In this document: positions 1 to 9,805 of the stretch, in pieces | Numbering within the stretch: the first letter of the stretch is position 1 | Layout: each line of letters begins with the position of its first letter | Assembly: GCF_001194135.2 (NCBI RefSeq) | Contig: NC_068993.1 | Coordinates: 55,763,335 to 55,827,334, forward strand | Source: Octopus bimaculoides | Taxonomy: Eukaryota | Length of the DNA: 64,000 nucleotides | Direction of reading: 5' to 3' | Translations under genes and position numbers: made by a program | Notes under the pieces: generated by a model | What the model saw: the letters and a program-made list of their open reading frames with translations, nothing else | What the model was told of the DNA's origin: nothing | The model's database searches: none

Positions 1-910
1 CCTCCACCATGCTAACGATTCTGTTAGCTTGTTGCCTTTTTGTTTGTAAAAGGAATATATCCTGTGACAGCAGGAAGTGAATTGGCAGAGTCATTTGTGC
101 ATTAGATAGAATGCTTTGTGGTATTTGTTTTAGTTCTCTGCAGTCTGAGTTCAAAACCATGCCAAGTTCAACTTTTCCTTTCATTCTTTTGTGATTGATA
201 TAGTAACAGTCCAGATTAGTGGATTGGCAAACTTCTGAGAGTGTAGGATGGGTTACTTTATGGTATCTGTTCTAGCTCTGATGGCAAAGCCTGCTATGAT
301 ACTGGTACCAAACTTTATTAAGCCTCTGCCTTTCCTTTGGACAACTGGGAAGAGGGAAGACTTGACTGCTGATCTTCCATGAAAAGCCTTTTGTAGGCCT
401 GCACCTTTGATAGGAACTTTGTAAGGTGCATGTTCATTGATCTCACAAAACCTCCTGAGGTCCCAGTGACAGGAGGAATAGCAGCGATGCTTATTAACTG
501 GTTTTAGGCAATGTTTTGAGAGAAGCAGGGAATGGTTGTAGTCATGGCAAAAGACAAAGACAGTGATGTCATAACATGATGGTGATTCACTCAATGTGGA
601 CTCTTGGTACATGGAGAATATCTTCTGAGGGATTGATTTTTGTCCCCTGTGTTTGGATGCACGTAATATGTGTTGAAAGATGGACACTTTTAAGCTTCTG
701 TCTCCTACAAATCCTAAAAATCTTTGTAATAAGATAAGTTTGTGTGTTGTGAGATGAGGTGAAATCTAATATTTAGATAGGAGCCTTCTCTGAAAATGTG
801 GAGTGAGATAGAGACAAAGCCAAGCTATCTTCACCCATTGATAACAATTTGATAAATCTGGAGAGGTTAAAATATGAGAATAAAATGACAGGGAAGTTGT
901 GTTTTAGCCT

Positions 911-991
911 TGGGTCAACCCTAACTGGGTCAACCCTAACTGGGTCAACCCTTGGGTCAACCCTTGGGTCAACCCTTGGGTCAACCCTAAC
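911..991 (+). repeat. Tandem repeat of 12/15-bp units (TGGGTCAACCCT[AAC]) x6
   Basis: Unit order 15,15,12,12,12,15, all exact. Confidence 0.95.
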
Positions 992-2014
992 TGAATAAAT
1001 CTTTTTCTTATGTACAGTAAAACCAGGACTTCATTATCCAACATGTACTTTTTTTAAGATGGTAGGATCTGGTTTGGCTACTGTTTCTAGCATATGAAGC
1101 AACCATGTAGAAGCTCTCTTGTTGCTTAATAATGATTGAAGTAGAGGTGATAGGTGTAGTTTGTCAGATGAATCATAGTAAAGTGGGTGCTAGCTTACTT
1201 GATAAGGCGAACCAAATAATTTGAATTAAAATTATACCCTTAATCATGAGAACAATCATTTTCTAAATGACTAATTGTGGTCAATAACTAACTAAATAAA
1301 TAAATAAAGAAAGAAAGAAAGAGCAGGAAAAACAACCCCATCAAATTTTTATTCATCAAAATTAATTAAATGCTGTTTGTAGGGTAAGATGAATAGTTAT
1401 GTAGCCAGGTTGTCTGTCATAAGGAGTAACTTTGTGCTCAGTTTTGTTAACTTTATTGAAGTGAGTGGGTGAATGACATCAGGAAATAATGACTAAATCT
1501 TAATCCCCATTTGCTTGCATTAAGCAGCAATATCATAATAAAGCAAGTATTAGAAACAAAAAGTACAGAAAAAAAAAAGGAAAAAAGAATTGTAAAGAAA
1601 CTTCCCAGTCATAGAAAATACAAATCAAGTTTGTTTGCCAGTTGAGCTGGATGTGCTGGTTAACCTCTCCTAAACTTCCCACACCTGTTCTATTATGTTA
1701 ATCCTTCCACACACTTTCAGTACACAATAGAAGGCTGTATAGACTTCTCTGGTTCTTCTCCTGTACCTTCCCTTAATCTCACCCTTCAAACATTACAATT
1801 CACACCACCAAGGCTACTATAATAACTAATTTCATAATCACTGCTACCACCTTCTTCGAACTGTCCACCCACCCACCACCACCACCACCGATACAATCAA
1901 ATCCCCTTAACCACCTTTTATCACAGTCATTGCTACCTGTGGTCACTCAGCCTGCTAGAAATAGCAACCAAATTGCACCCAACAATTTTTTAAGTTGGAA
2001 GGACAACTTATGCT

Positions 2015-2215
2015 TATAAAACTATGTTGATCATGACTGGAATCCCTTTGATTATAGGTTTGCTCAATCAAGCTGACCTGGGGCTTGATAAAAGATAGGT
2101 CTAGATTATCCAATGTGTCCTTCCATTTTTTAAGATGGTACAGTGTGCTATGTGAGAGAAATTTGGCTGCTATTTCTAGCAGGTCAAGCAACCATATAGA
2201 AGCTTCTTCATAGCA
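2015..2215. repeat. Family D interspersed repeat
   Basis: Shared core gatttgagggagatttggctgctatttctagcagg and agccccaggtcag...tgatcaaaggcattccag; copies near 890-1130, 32285-32500, 35110-35190, 38700-38870, 50650-50850, 52690-52870, 58140-58340, 62380-62550. Confidence 0.7.
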
Positions 2216-2367
2216 GTGTTCCAGTATAATGCTGATGTGTCTAGTTAGTTTTAATTAGTTAGACATGTAGCTGTAAGGGCTGCAGCTGTGAACTGTGTTC
2301 ATTGTATATCTTGGCATTTTTGAATCTGAATATTTTTATTTATTGTGTATTCGATATACGAGTGCAG

Positions 2368-2413
<46 letters not shown>

Positions 2414-3617
2414 ATGTCTATGTGCACTTTCAAGTCAATTTAGTTTATTCTTGCACATAGTCCCCCAAAAGATTAAATTACAGTGAATTAAGTCACACAA
2501 AATAACACATTGCAGATGCCTGCAGTTGGCATTACATGCAAAGATAATGACAAGTCATCTTTTTTTTTTTTAAATTAAAAAATGTTAACAAAAGCACTTA
2601 AGAAGCTCACTTTTCAGCCATGTGTCTGGCCTTGGGTTCAGTCTCACTGTGTGGCACCTTGGACAAGTTCTTTTATCATGTTCCTGGGCTGACCATAGGC
2701 TTGTGAATGCAGTTAATAGATGGAAACTGTGTGGAAGCCCATTGTGTGTGTGTGTGTTTGTGTTGGCATTTGTCCTACCCTCACTGCTTGATGACTGGTG
2801 TTGTTTTGTTTATGTCCCCATAACTTAGCAGTTAAGCAAAAGTGACCAATAGAATAAGTTCCAGACTTAGAAATAAGTAGCGGGGTCTGTTTGATTAACT
2901 AAACCGTTCAAGGTGGTGTCCAAGCATGACCACAGTCCAATGAATGAAACAAGTAAAAGATAAAAGATGTATTTTGTTTAGATGTGTGGTTGTAACGCTA
3001 GCACTGTTTCCGGTCACTTATTTCCAACAAATAGGAGTTACTTCTCATAGTTGTGTATGTTCAACCTGCCGTGTTGCCTGACCCAAGGACAACCTTTATA
3101 CAACAAACCTAAGATTAAAGCCATGACTGTTTCATATTATTTTTAGATATAGTATAATCATGACCATATTATCTAAATGTGTCCTTTGGTTTTTTTTTTT
3201 TTTTATTGCAGGATGTGATTTCGAACAGGTTGGCTTGCAGTCTTTTATGTTGTTTAGTATGGTTGTGAAAGAGAGAATCGATATGACACTGGAGTAGACT
3301 TGATTTTACTGTATAGTAATATTCTTTTCTACTCTAGGCACAAGGCCTGAAATTTTGGGGGAGGGGGCCAGTCGATTAGATCGACCCCAGTACACAACTG
3401 ATAATTTATTGATACCGAAAGGATGAAAGACAAAGTAGACCTTGGTGGGATTTGAACTCAGAATGTAAAGACAGACGAAATACCGTTAAGTATTTCGCCC
3501 GGCATGCTAACATTTCTATCAGCTCACCACTTTACTATATAGTAATATTGGTTTCAAATTTTGGTGCAAGATAGCAATTATGAGGAGGAGGTGTAAGTTG
3601 ATTACATTGACATCAGT

Positions 3618-4072
3618 CAGGGCTGGATTAAGACCCATAGAGACCCCGAGGACTCAAAAGGGTTTTGGTGCCCTTAAGCACATGTAAATGGTTCAAAATG
3701 TCAACAAAAATAATTCAAAATGTAAACGATAATAAATCATATATATTTTTATTTTTTCAAAATGAAACAAAACTAACAGTAAGATGGAAAATAATGTTTA
3801 TTTTTGTATACTTCCATTTTATTTATATTTGAGAAGTTTTCTCCTTCGTTTTTTTTCTTCTTAATTGCAAAGTGTTTGATGATATTGTTAAAATTAATTT
3901 TACATAAAACTTCTGCTTCTATGCTTAGTAGAGATAAGGCATTACGATTATTATTTTAGCAAGTTTAAAGTGATTTCTTTTGTGCCGTAAATCATTTTCA
4001 TTTCTGTGGTGCTCCCGTCCCTTGATACCCTAAGCACGTGCTTATTTTGCTTAATGGGTTAATCCAGCACTG
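3618..4072 (-). mobile_element. Non-autonomous hAT element (455 bp) carrying a transposase C-terminal remnant, inserted in a SINE
   Basis: TIRs CAGGGCTGGATTAA / (rc) CAGTGCTGGATTAA; 8-bp TSD acatcagt (3610-3617) / accccagt (4073-4080); minus-strand 3949-3823 reads NRNALSLLSIEAEVLCKINFNNIIKHFAIKKKKTKEKTSQI*, resembling the hAT dimerisation-domain C-terminus. Confidence 0.85.
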
Positions 4073-4463
4073 ACCCCAGTCTTCAACTGGTATGTCTTTT
4101 ATTGTACCCAAGAGGATGAAATGCAAAGTTGACCTTGGTGGGATTTGAACTCAGAATGTAAATATGGACGAAATGCTGAAAAATATTTTGCTCAATATGC
4201 TAATGATTCTGCCAGCTCACTGCATTATGTAGGGTTAGTAATATTAGTAATGTCTTAATACTACATTGCAAAATGAGAACTGGCTATACCTGAGCTGATT
4301 GCAAGGTAACAAGTGGCTATATTTAATTCAAACAGATATTGATAGAGGCAAGTAGAATAATGACTGTGGAGATGTTATCTGGAACATGGCACATTATCTG
4401 TAGAAATGTTTGAACTGTTATCTTTGAGATTAATATTGTACCTTTAATCATTCACCCACTAAT

Positions 4464-4905
4464 AGGTGCAGATGTGGCTGCATGGTAAGAAGCTTGCTTC
4501 TCAACTACATAGTTCCGAATTTAGTCCCACTGCATGGTACCTTGGGCAAGTGTCTTCTACTATAACCTCAGGCTGACTAAATCCTTGTGATTGTATTTCG
4601 TAGATGGAAACTGAAAGAAGCCTGTCATTTGTGTGCATGTATGTGTCTTTGTGTGTGTGCTTGTATGTGTCTTTGTGTGTGTGCTTGTATATGTGTGTTT
4701 GTGTCTGCGTTTGTCCCCCACCACCCTTTGACAACTAGTGTTGGTGCATTCATGTCTTCATAGCCTAGCGGTTCAGCAAAAGAGAGACCGATATAAGTAC
4801 TAGGCTTAAAAAAAAAGTGGAGGGGTTGATTCATTCGACTAAAGATTCTTCAAGGCAGTGCCTCAGCATGGCCGCAGTCTAATGACTGAAACAAGTTTAA
4901 AGATA
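4464..4905 (+). mobile_element. SINE family B (tRNA head plus CORE-like domain), representative full-length copy
   Basis: A-box-like tggctgcatgg, B-box-like, CCTTGGGCAAGTG core, internal (TG)n, tail ...gactgaaacaagtaaaaga. Other + copies near 2620-2967, 13700-14050, 21190-21355, 28100-28245, 33845-34205, 40312-40725, 41652-42040; - copies near 18200-18420, 24412-24750, 25218-25375, 39845-39990, 59255-59490, 59820-60275. Confidence 0.85.
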
Positions 4906-5285
4906 AGGGATAATGTCAGTTTTAAATGTTGGGGTGGGGAACAAGTAGATAATGAATAAGTAGATAATGTTGGCAATAGTAATGGATGGTAGCAAGAGGG
5001 AAGGGAAATCCTGCGGGCTGGACATGTGATGGTAGTAATTGGTAGCAACAACAGAAATGTGGCTGTCATGGATAGCAAGGAAAGAAGGTGTGGACATGCA
5101 ACGGTTGTGGATAGTTTAAAGCGCTGGATTGGATACTGGCCACCACTTCGCATGTTCATAAAACTCAATGTGTCTTAGCCTCTACTGATTTGACTTATCT
5201 GTTGTTTCAGGGGTTCTCTGCATCAACAAAAGATGGACTAGTAATGTATTGGTGTTGATTGGTGTTTATGTTATTTCTTTATCAG

Positions 5286-5457
5286 GAATCAAACATGACG
5301 GGACGATGTGTGATACCTGTAGACAGCAACCAATTTTTGGCATTCGATGGAAGTGTGCGGAATGTGCTAACTATGACTTGTGTTCCCTCTGCTATCATGC
5401 AGATAAACACAACATGCGACACAGGTTTTATCGCATCACCACCCCAGGCAGTGAAAG
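5286..5457 (+). CDS. mib1: mib1 exon, ZZ-type zinc finger
   Basis: tttatcag|GA ATC ... GAA AG|gtaact; (G)[56 protein letters not shown](R); 172 nt. Confidence 0.97.
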
Positions 5458-6731
5458 GTAACTATTTATTTGCATTACAGATTGTTGTTATTGTTGTCTA
5501 CCCCCACCTCTCCCATCTACCTTTTATTTCTTTTAGATGGGTTTTTAGCATGGAGACTGTCAACAGATAATGACTATTGAACTTTGGAAATTATAGTCAT
5601 ACTATGAAGAGTAGAGTTTTCTCTGGCCTGAGTTATTTATATTCATCTTGTACCTACCATGAGGACACACTTTCATTTCTCTCTCTCTCTCTCCAGTTGG
5701 GGAAGTCATGTATCTCCATTTCAGCAAGACACCCATTCTTGTCACTCTCGGATATTTTCACCTCCCTCAAGACTGTACCCCATTCAGTTGAGGGGTCTTG
5801 TCTTGCTAGTTACTTAGTGACCTCTCCACAGTGGCAGGACCACAAAAAGGCATCCAGTGTATATTGTAAAGTGATTGGTGTTAGGAAGAGCATCCAGCTA
5901 TAGAAAACATGCAAAGGTAGAAACCAAAGCTCATTACCATTGCCTGGCTTGTTGGTTGCTCTTGATTCATCCAACCCATGCTAGCATGGAAAACAGACAT
6001 TAAACAATGATGATGATGTGTGTGTGTGTCTACACAGTATAAGGAAGAGAGGTTACATATGAGTAGGAAAGGTTGACATCATTGGTAAAAAAACTATTTG
6101 TTGTGAAATTAACTGGGTGTCTGAACTGTTGATAAAAGGCAATCTTGTGAGCTCAAAGTAGTTCTTGTGTCGGCTTGGTTCAGCTGTCCTTGGGTTGTTG
6201 GAGAAAGCTGTATGTGGATTGATGATCTCATGTCTGATCTGTTGTCTGTCACTGTTCTGTCTGTTGTGACTACCACTGTGGCTATGACCACCACAAGCAC
6301 TACATTGCAACTTGATACAGCATTTCTTGGCTGTATGGCTCTGCTAACTTTGGGCTGGGCTGCTTGCCTGCTACTGCTACTACTAATAAAATCCAGTTGT
6401 TAAGCTGCCCCATGATGCTCTTTCTTAACAGTAACATCCAGTAATATGTCAGTGTCCTCAGTCACTGATGGATTAGAAAAATGATGATTTAGGTATATTT
6501 GTTGATGAAGTAGATGCACTAGGTGATTTATCTGAAAAGCCGATGCAGATATATCTATAGATTCCAATGTGTTTTGGCAGAGGAACAACTGTTATATCAG
6601 TTCAATGGTTCAAAAGGTGATGATGTAGGCATGTCTGATGATGCTAGCCTGTCTAGTTAAAGAGGTGGTGACAAAATCAAACTGCTAATTTGAAGATCAA
6701 TGTTTGATCATTGGGACACCATCATTAGCTT

Positions 6732-6772
<41 letters not shown>

Positions 6773-6829
6773 TACTCTTATTGAAATGTAAATGATAAAT
6801 TTTTTACTTTTCTTTTCCTTTCATTACAG

Positions 6830-6974
6830 AGTCATGTTAGAACCACGAAGGAAAAGCAAGAAAGTTACAGCTCGAGGTATTTTCCCCGGTGCAAGGGTAA
6901 TGCGTGGTGTTGATTGGCAGTGGGAAGACCAAGATGGTGGTAGCACTCGGCGAGGAAAAGTCACAGAGATACAA
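6830..6974 (+). CDS. mib1: mib1 exon, start of second MIB/HERC2 domain
   Basis: cattacag|A GTC ATG ... ATA CAA|gtttgt; [48 protein letters not shown]; 145 nt. Confidence 0.95.
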
Positions 6975-7886
6975 GTTTGTTTTAATTAATTTTCTCTATA
7001 CTGTTATGTTTTTATCTTTTGGTCTAAGGAGAGAAGCTATTGACTATAGTCTCTCTGGCAAGGTAATAGAGTGTCTAAGATCAGAATGGATCGAATGTAT
7101 ATTTAGGTCCTCATGGGTCATAAGTCCTGAAAGCCATCAAGCAGCATCTTTTGAACTCATTTTAAATTAGAGTTGATTGTATACAAGGTTGGTGAAATAA
7201 CAAAGCTGAAACAGTAGCTTGTCTCATCAGTTTTCAGTTATTTTTGCTTGCTTCCCTCATTTACAGGCTGAAATCATTAATTGCTGATCAAATTGTCATT
7301 GTGGTGGTATGTTTATGAATATGTGGCTATGGATTTTTGCCTTTTTTTCTCTGTGTTATGATGAATCACCGCAGAGAAAGATACATTTTACAATCCCATC
7401 CATTTCTCAGCATTGATGTAGAAGTAGTGTTACATTGTTTTATTTTGCTAACTTGGTAGGCTGAGGCCATGAGAGCTACAAATATTTAAGCCAGTAGTAC
7501 ATGGCAGATTAGGCTCATCAAACCAATATGGTTTCAATGGAGAATATGCTGAGACCTTTGTCCTGCAATGGACTGAACATAGGCAATCGAATCCAATCCA
7601 GTACATTGGACAATTAGGCAGAGGAGTTACAGTTCATGTCCTCTCACCAGTACTGTACTGTATTTGGTTGCTATTTCTAACACCTTCCGTGACTATGCAG
7701 AGGCTCCAGCATTGGCTTGTTGGTTTGATAATGTTTATGAGGCTGAGACAAACAAAATAATGTTCCTTGCATGTGCTGAACAATGGCTATAGGGAGGTTT
7801 GAATAATTAATCATGTATTTTGTAGTCCATTGCCTTAATACTTATTTATACTTTACTTTAACATATTCACATTTACCTGTGTGCAG

Positions 7887-7976
7887 GACTGGAGTGCTGC
7901 CAGCCCAAGAAGTGCTGCATATGTGTTATGGGATAATGGTGCAAAGAATCTTTACCGAGTTGGCTTTGAGGGTATG
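7887..7976 (+). CDS. mib1: mib1 exon, MIB/HERC2 domain
   Basis: gtgtgcag|GAC TGG ... GGT ATG|gtgagt; [30 protein letters not shown]; 90 nt. Confidence 0.96.
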
Positions 7977-8225
7977 GTGAGTATTACTTTTTCAGATTTA
8001 TGGAGTGAGTAATTCTTTTGAAGTTTATATAGTGAGTATCAGTTGTTTTTAGGTTCATACAGTCAATGTTTCTTTTGAGTTCATAAAAGGAATATTCCTT
8101 CTGAGGGTATGAGGAATAACACCTTTGTAGATTATGATGTATTTCTTTTGAGGGTATGGCGACTATATTTTGAGGCTAATAATCTTGAAGATACGAGAAT
8201 AATGTTTTTGAAGTTTGTAGAGTAT
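7964..8225 (+). repeat. Degenerate minisatellite (units of about 22-30 bp) derived from the exon end and splice donor
   Basis: About 10 units of the ctttgagggtatggtgagta type. Confidence 0.65.
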
Positions 8226-8721
8226 GGTTTCAATATATTCAACTGGTACTTAATTAATTGACCCTGAAAGGCAAAGTCAACCCCGGTGGAATTTGAACTC
8301 AGAACGTAAGGATGGACAAAATACCGCTAAGCATTTCATCCAGCATGCTAACGATTCTGCCAGCTCGCTGCCTTAATAATGATAATAATAATGAGGATGA
8401 TGAATTAGCAGAATTATGAGAGCATCAAACAAAGTATCATGGAACATTCCTTCTGATCCTTTACATTCTGATTTCAGATCCCATCAAGGTCAACTTTGCT
8501 TTCATCCTTCTAAGGTTGATAAAATAAAGCATCAGTCAAATCTTGGGGTTGGTGGTATCCCCCTCAAAATTATTATTGTTGTTCCTAAATCAGAAACGAT
8601 TATTATTGATGTTATTATTGATATTTGCCCTGATGACTACAAGGTTTTATGTCTCCATAAGTTTCACACTTTTTCTATCTAGAACTAAATCATTATTAAT
8701 ATTTTTCTGTTTCACTTTCAG

Positions 8722-8788
8722 GCTGATTTAAAGGTGATGAATGATGCTAAAGGTGGTTCCTTTTATCGAGACCATTTACCTCTTTTAG
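8722..8788 (+). CDS. mib1: mib1 exon, end of MIB/HERC2 domain
   Basis: actttcag|GCT GAT ... TTA G|gtatga; ADLKVMNDAKGGSFYRDHLPLL(G); 67 nt. Confidence 0.95.
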
Positions 8789-8868
8789 GTATGACATTTT
8801 ATGAATTCTTTTTGACTCGTCACATGTTATTTGTGGGAGTATTTCTTTTGTTTTTTAATATTCTAACC

Positions 8869-8910
8869 CTGTAATATTGAGATTACACTGTAATATTGAG
8901 ATTACACTGT
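8869..8910 (+). repeat. Exact 19-bp tandem duplication CTGTAATATTGAGATTACA x2
   Basis: 8869-8887 and 8888-8906, then ctgt. Confidence 0.95.
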
Positions 8911-9613
8911 CATATGTGATGCTTATTTCTTCATATTCTTTTGAATATTTATGGCATAAATTTTGATAAATAAGCAAATGAATGAGATACTTAATGTTGC
9001 ATGAAAAACATTGTTAATAAATTGAAATTTCCTTATTTGAAGAAAGAAAGGAAAAAAAAAAACCTAGTGGCAGTTATTAGTGACATTCAAACAACGAGGG
9101 GAGATAATTGTAAGAAATTTGGAATTAATCTTGCAAAGTTAATTTTTAGGTTCAGGAGAAAGTCTTATATTTGTCTGCAGGCAATGTATGAATATAAAAC
9201 ATTGTAGGCATACTCTGTGATAAGTTAGATATGCCCTGGTTGGGAAGTCCTGGAAGTAGTTCTGTACAGTTGCTGTGATGGTGTCAGGTCTGCCCACTAA
9301 GCCTTTCTTGTCAGTTGGTCCATTTAAAAGAACTGTTTGTTAACAAGGGCTATCCAGTCAACTATATTTCTCGTTTTGAGCCTCTGTTAAAGTCTAAGTA
9401 ATCAATATTTTGCAGATGGAAAGGTTGAGTTGGCAATAGGATTGAAGCATTGGACTAAATCATCATCATTATCATTTAACATTCGTTGTCCATGATGGCA
9501 TGGGTTGGACGGTTTGACCAGAGCTGGGGAGCTGCACCAGACTGCAGTCTTATTTGGCATGGTTTCTACAGCTGGATGTCCTTCCTAATGCCAACCACTT
9601 TACAGAGTGTGCT

Positions 9614-9805
9614 GGGTTCTTTTACATGGCACTGCATGGGTGCTTTTATGTGGTACCTTACGGGTGCTTTTATGTGGTACCTTACGGGTGCTTTTATGTG
9701 GCATGACATGGGTGCTTTTATGCGGCACAGCATAGGTGCTTTTACGTGACACTGCATGGGTGCTTTTATGTGGCTCAGCTTGGGTACTTTTATGTGGCAC
9801 CACCA
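9614..9805 (+). repeat. 24-bp minisatellite x8 inside a family A element
   Basis: Unit gggtgcttttatgtgg plus about 8 variable nt. Confidence 0.92.

Noticed and set aside
253-687. 144-aa minus-strand ORF as a gene
   Set aside because: No recognisable domain or splice context. Other frames weakly resemble a decayed RTE LINE 3' region, too weak to call.
4464-4545. tRNA genes at SINE heads (also 13181, 33845, 54014)
   Set aside because: A/B boxes are present, but there is no complete cloverleaf and each continues into a SINE body.
6053-6720. Minus-strand CSACGGH (zinc-knuckle-like) and VVPLPK (RT-like) motifs
   Set aside because: Isolated short motifs in different frames with no consistent downstream RT or gag motifs.
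9614-9805. CRISPR-like appearance (constant 16-mer plus variable segment)
   Set aside because: The period is only 24 bp, the variable part is about 8 nt and related between units, there are no cas genes, and it lies inside a dispersed repeat in a eukaryotic intron.
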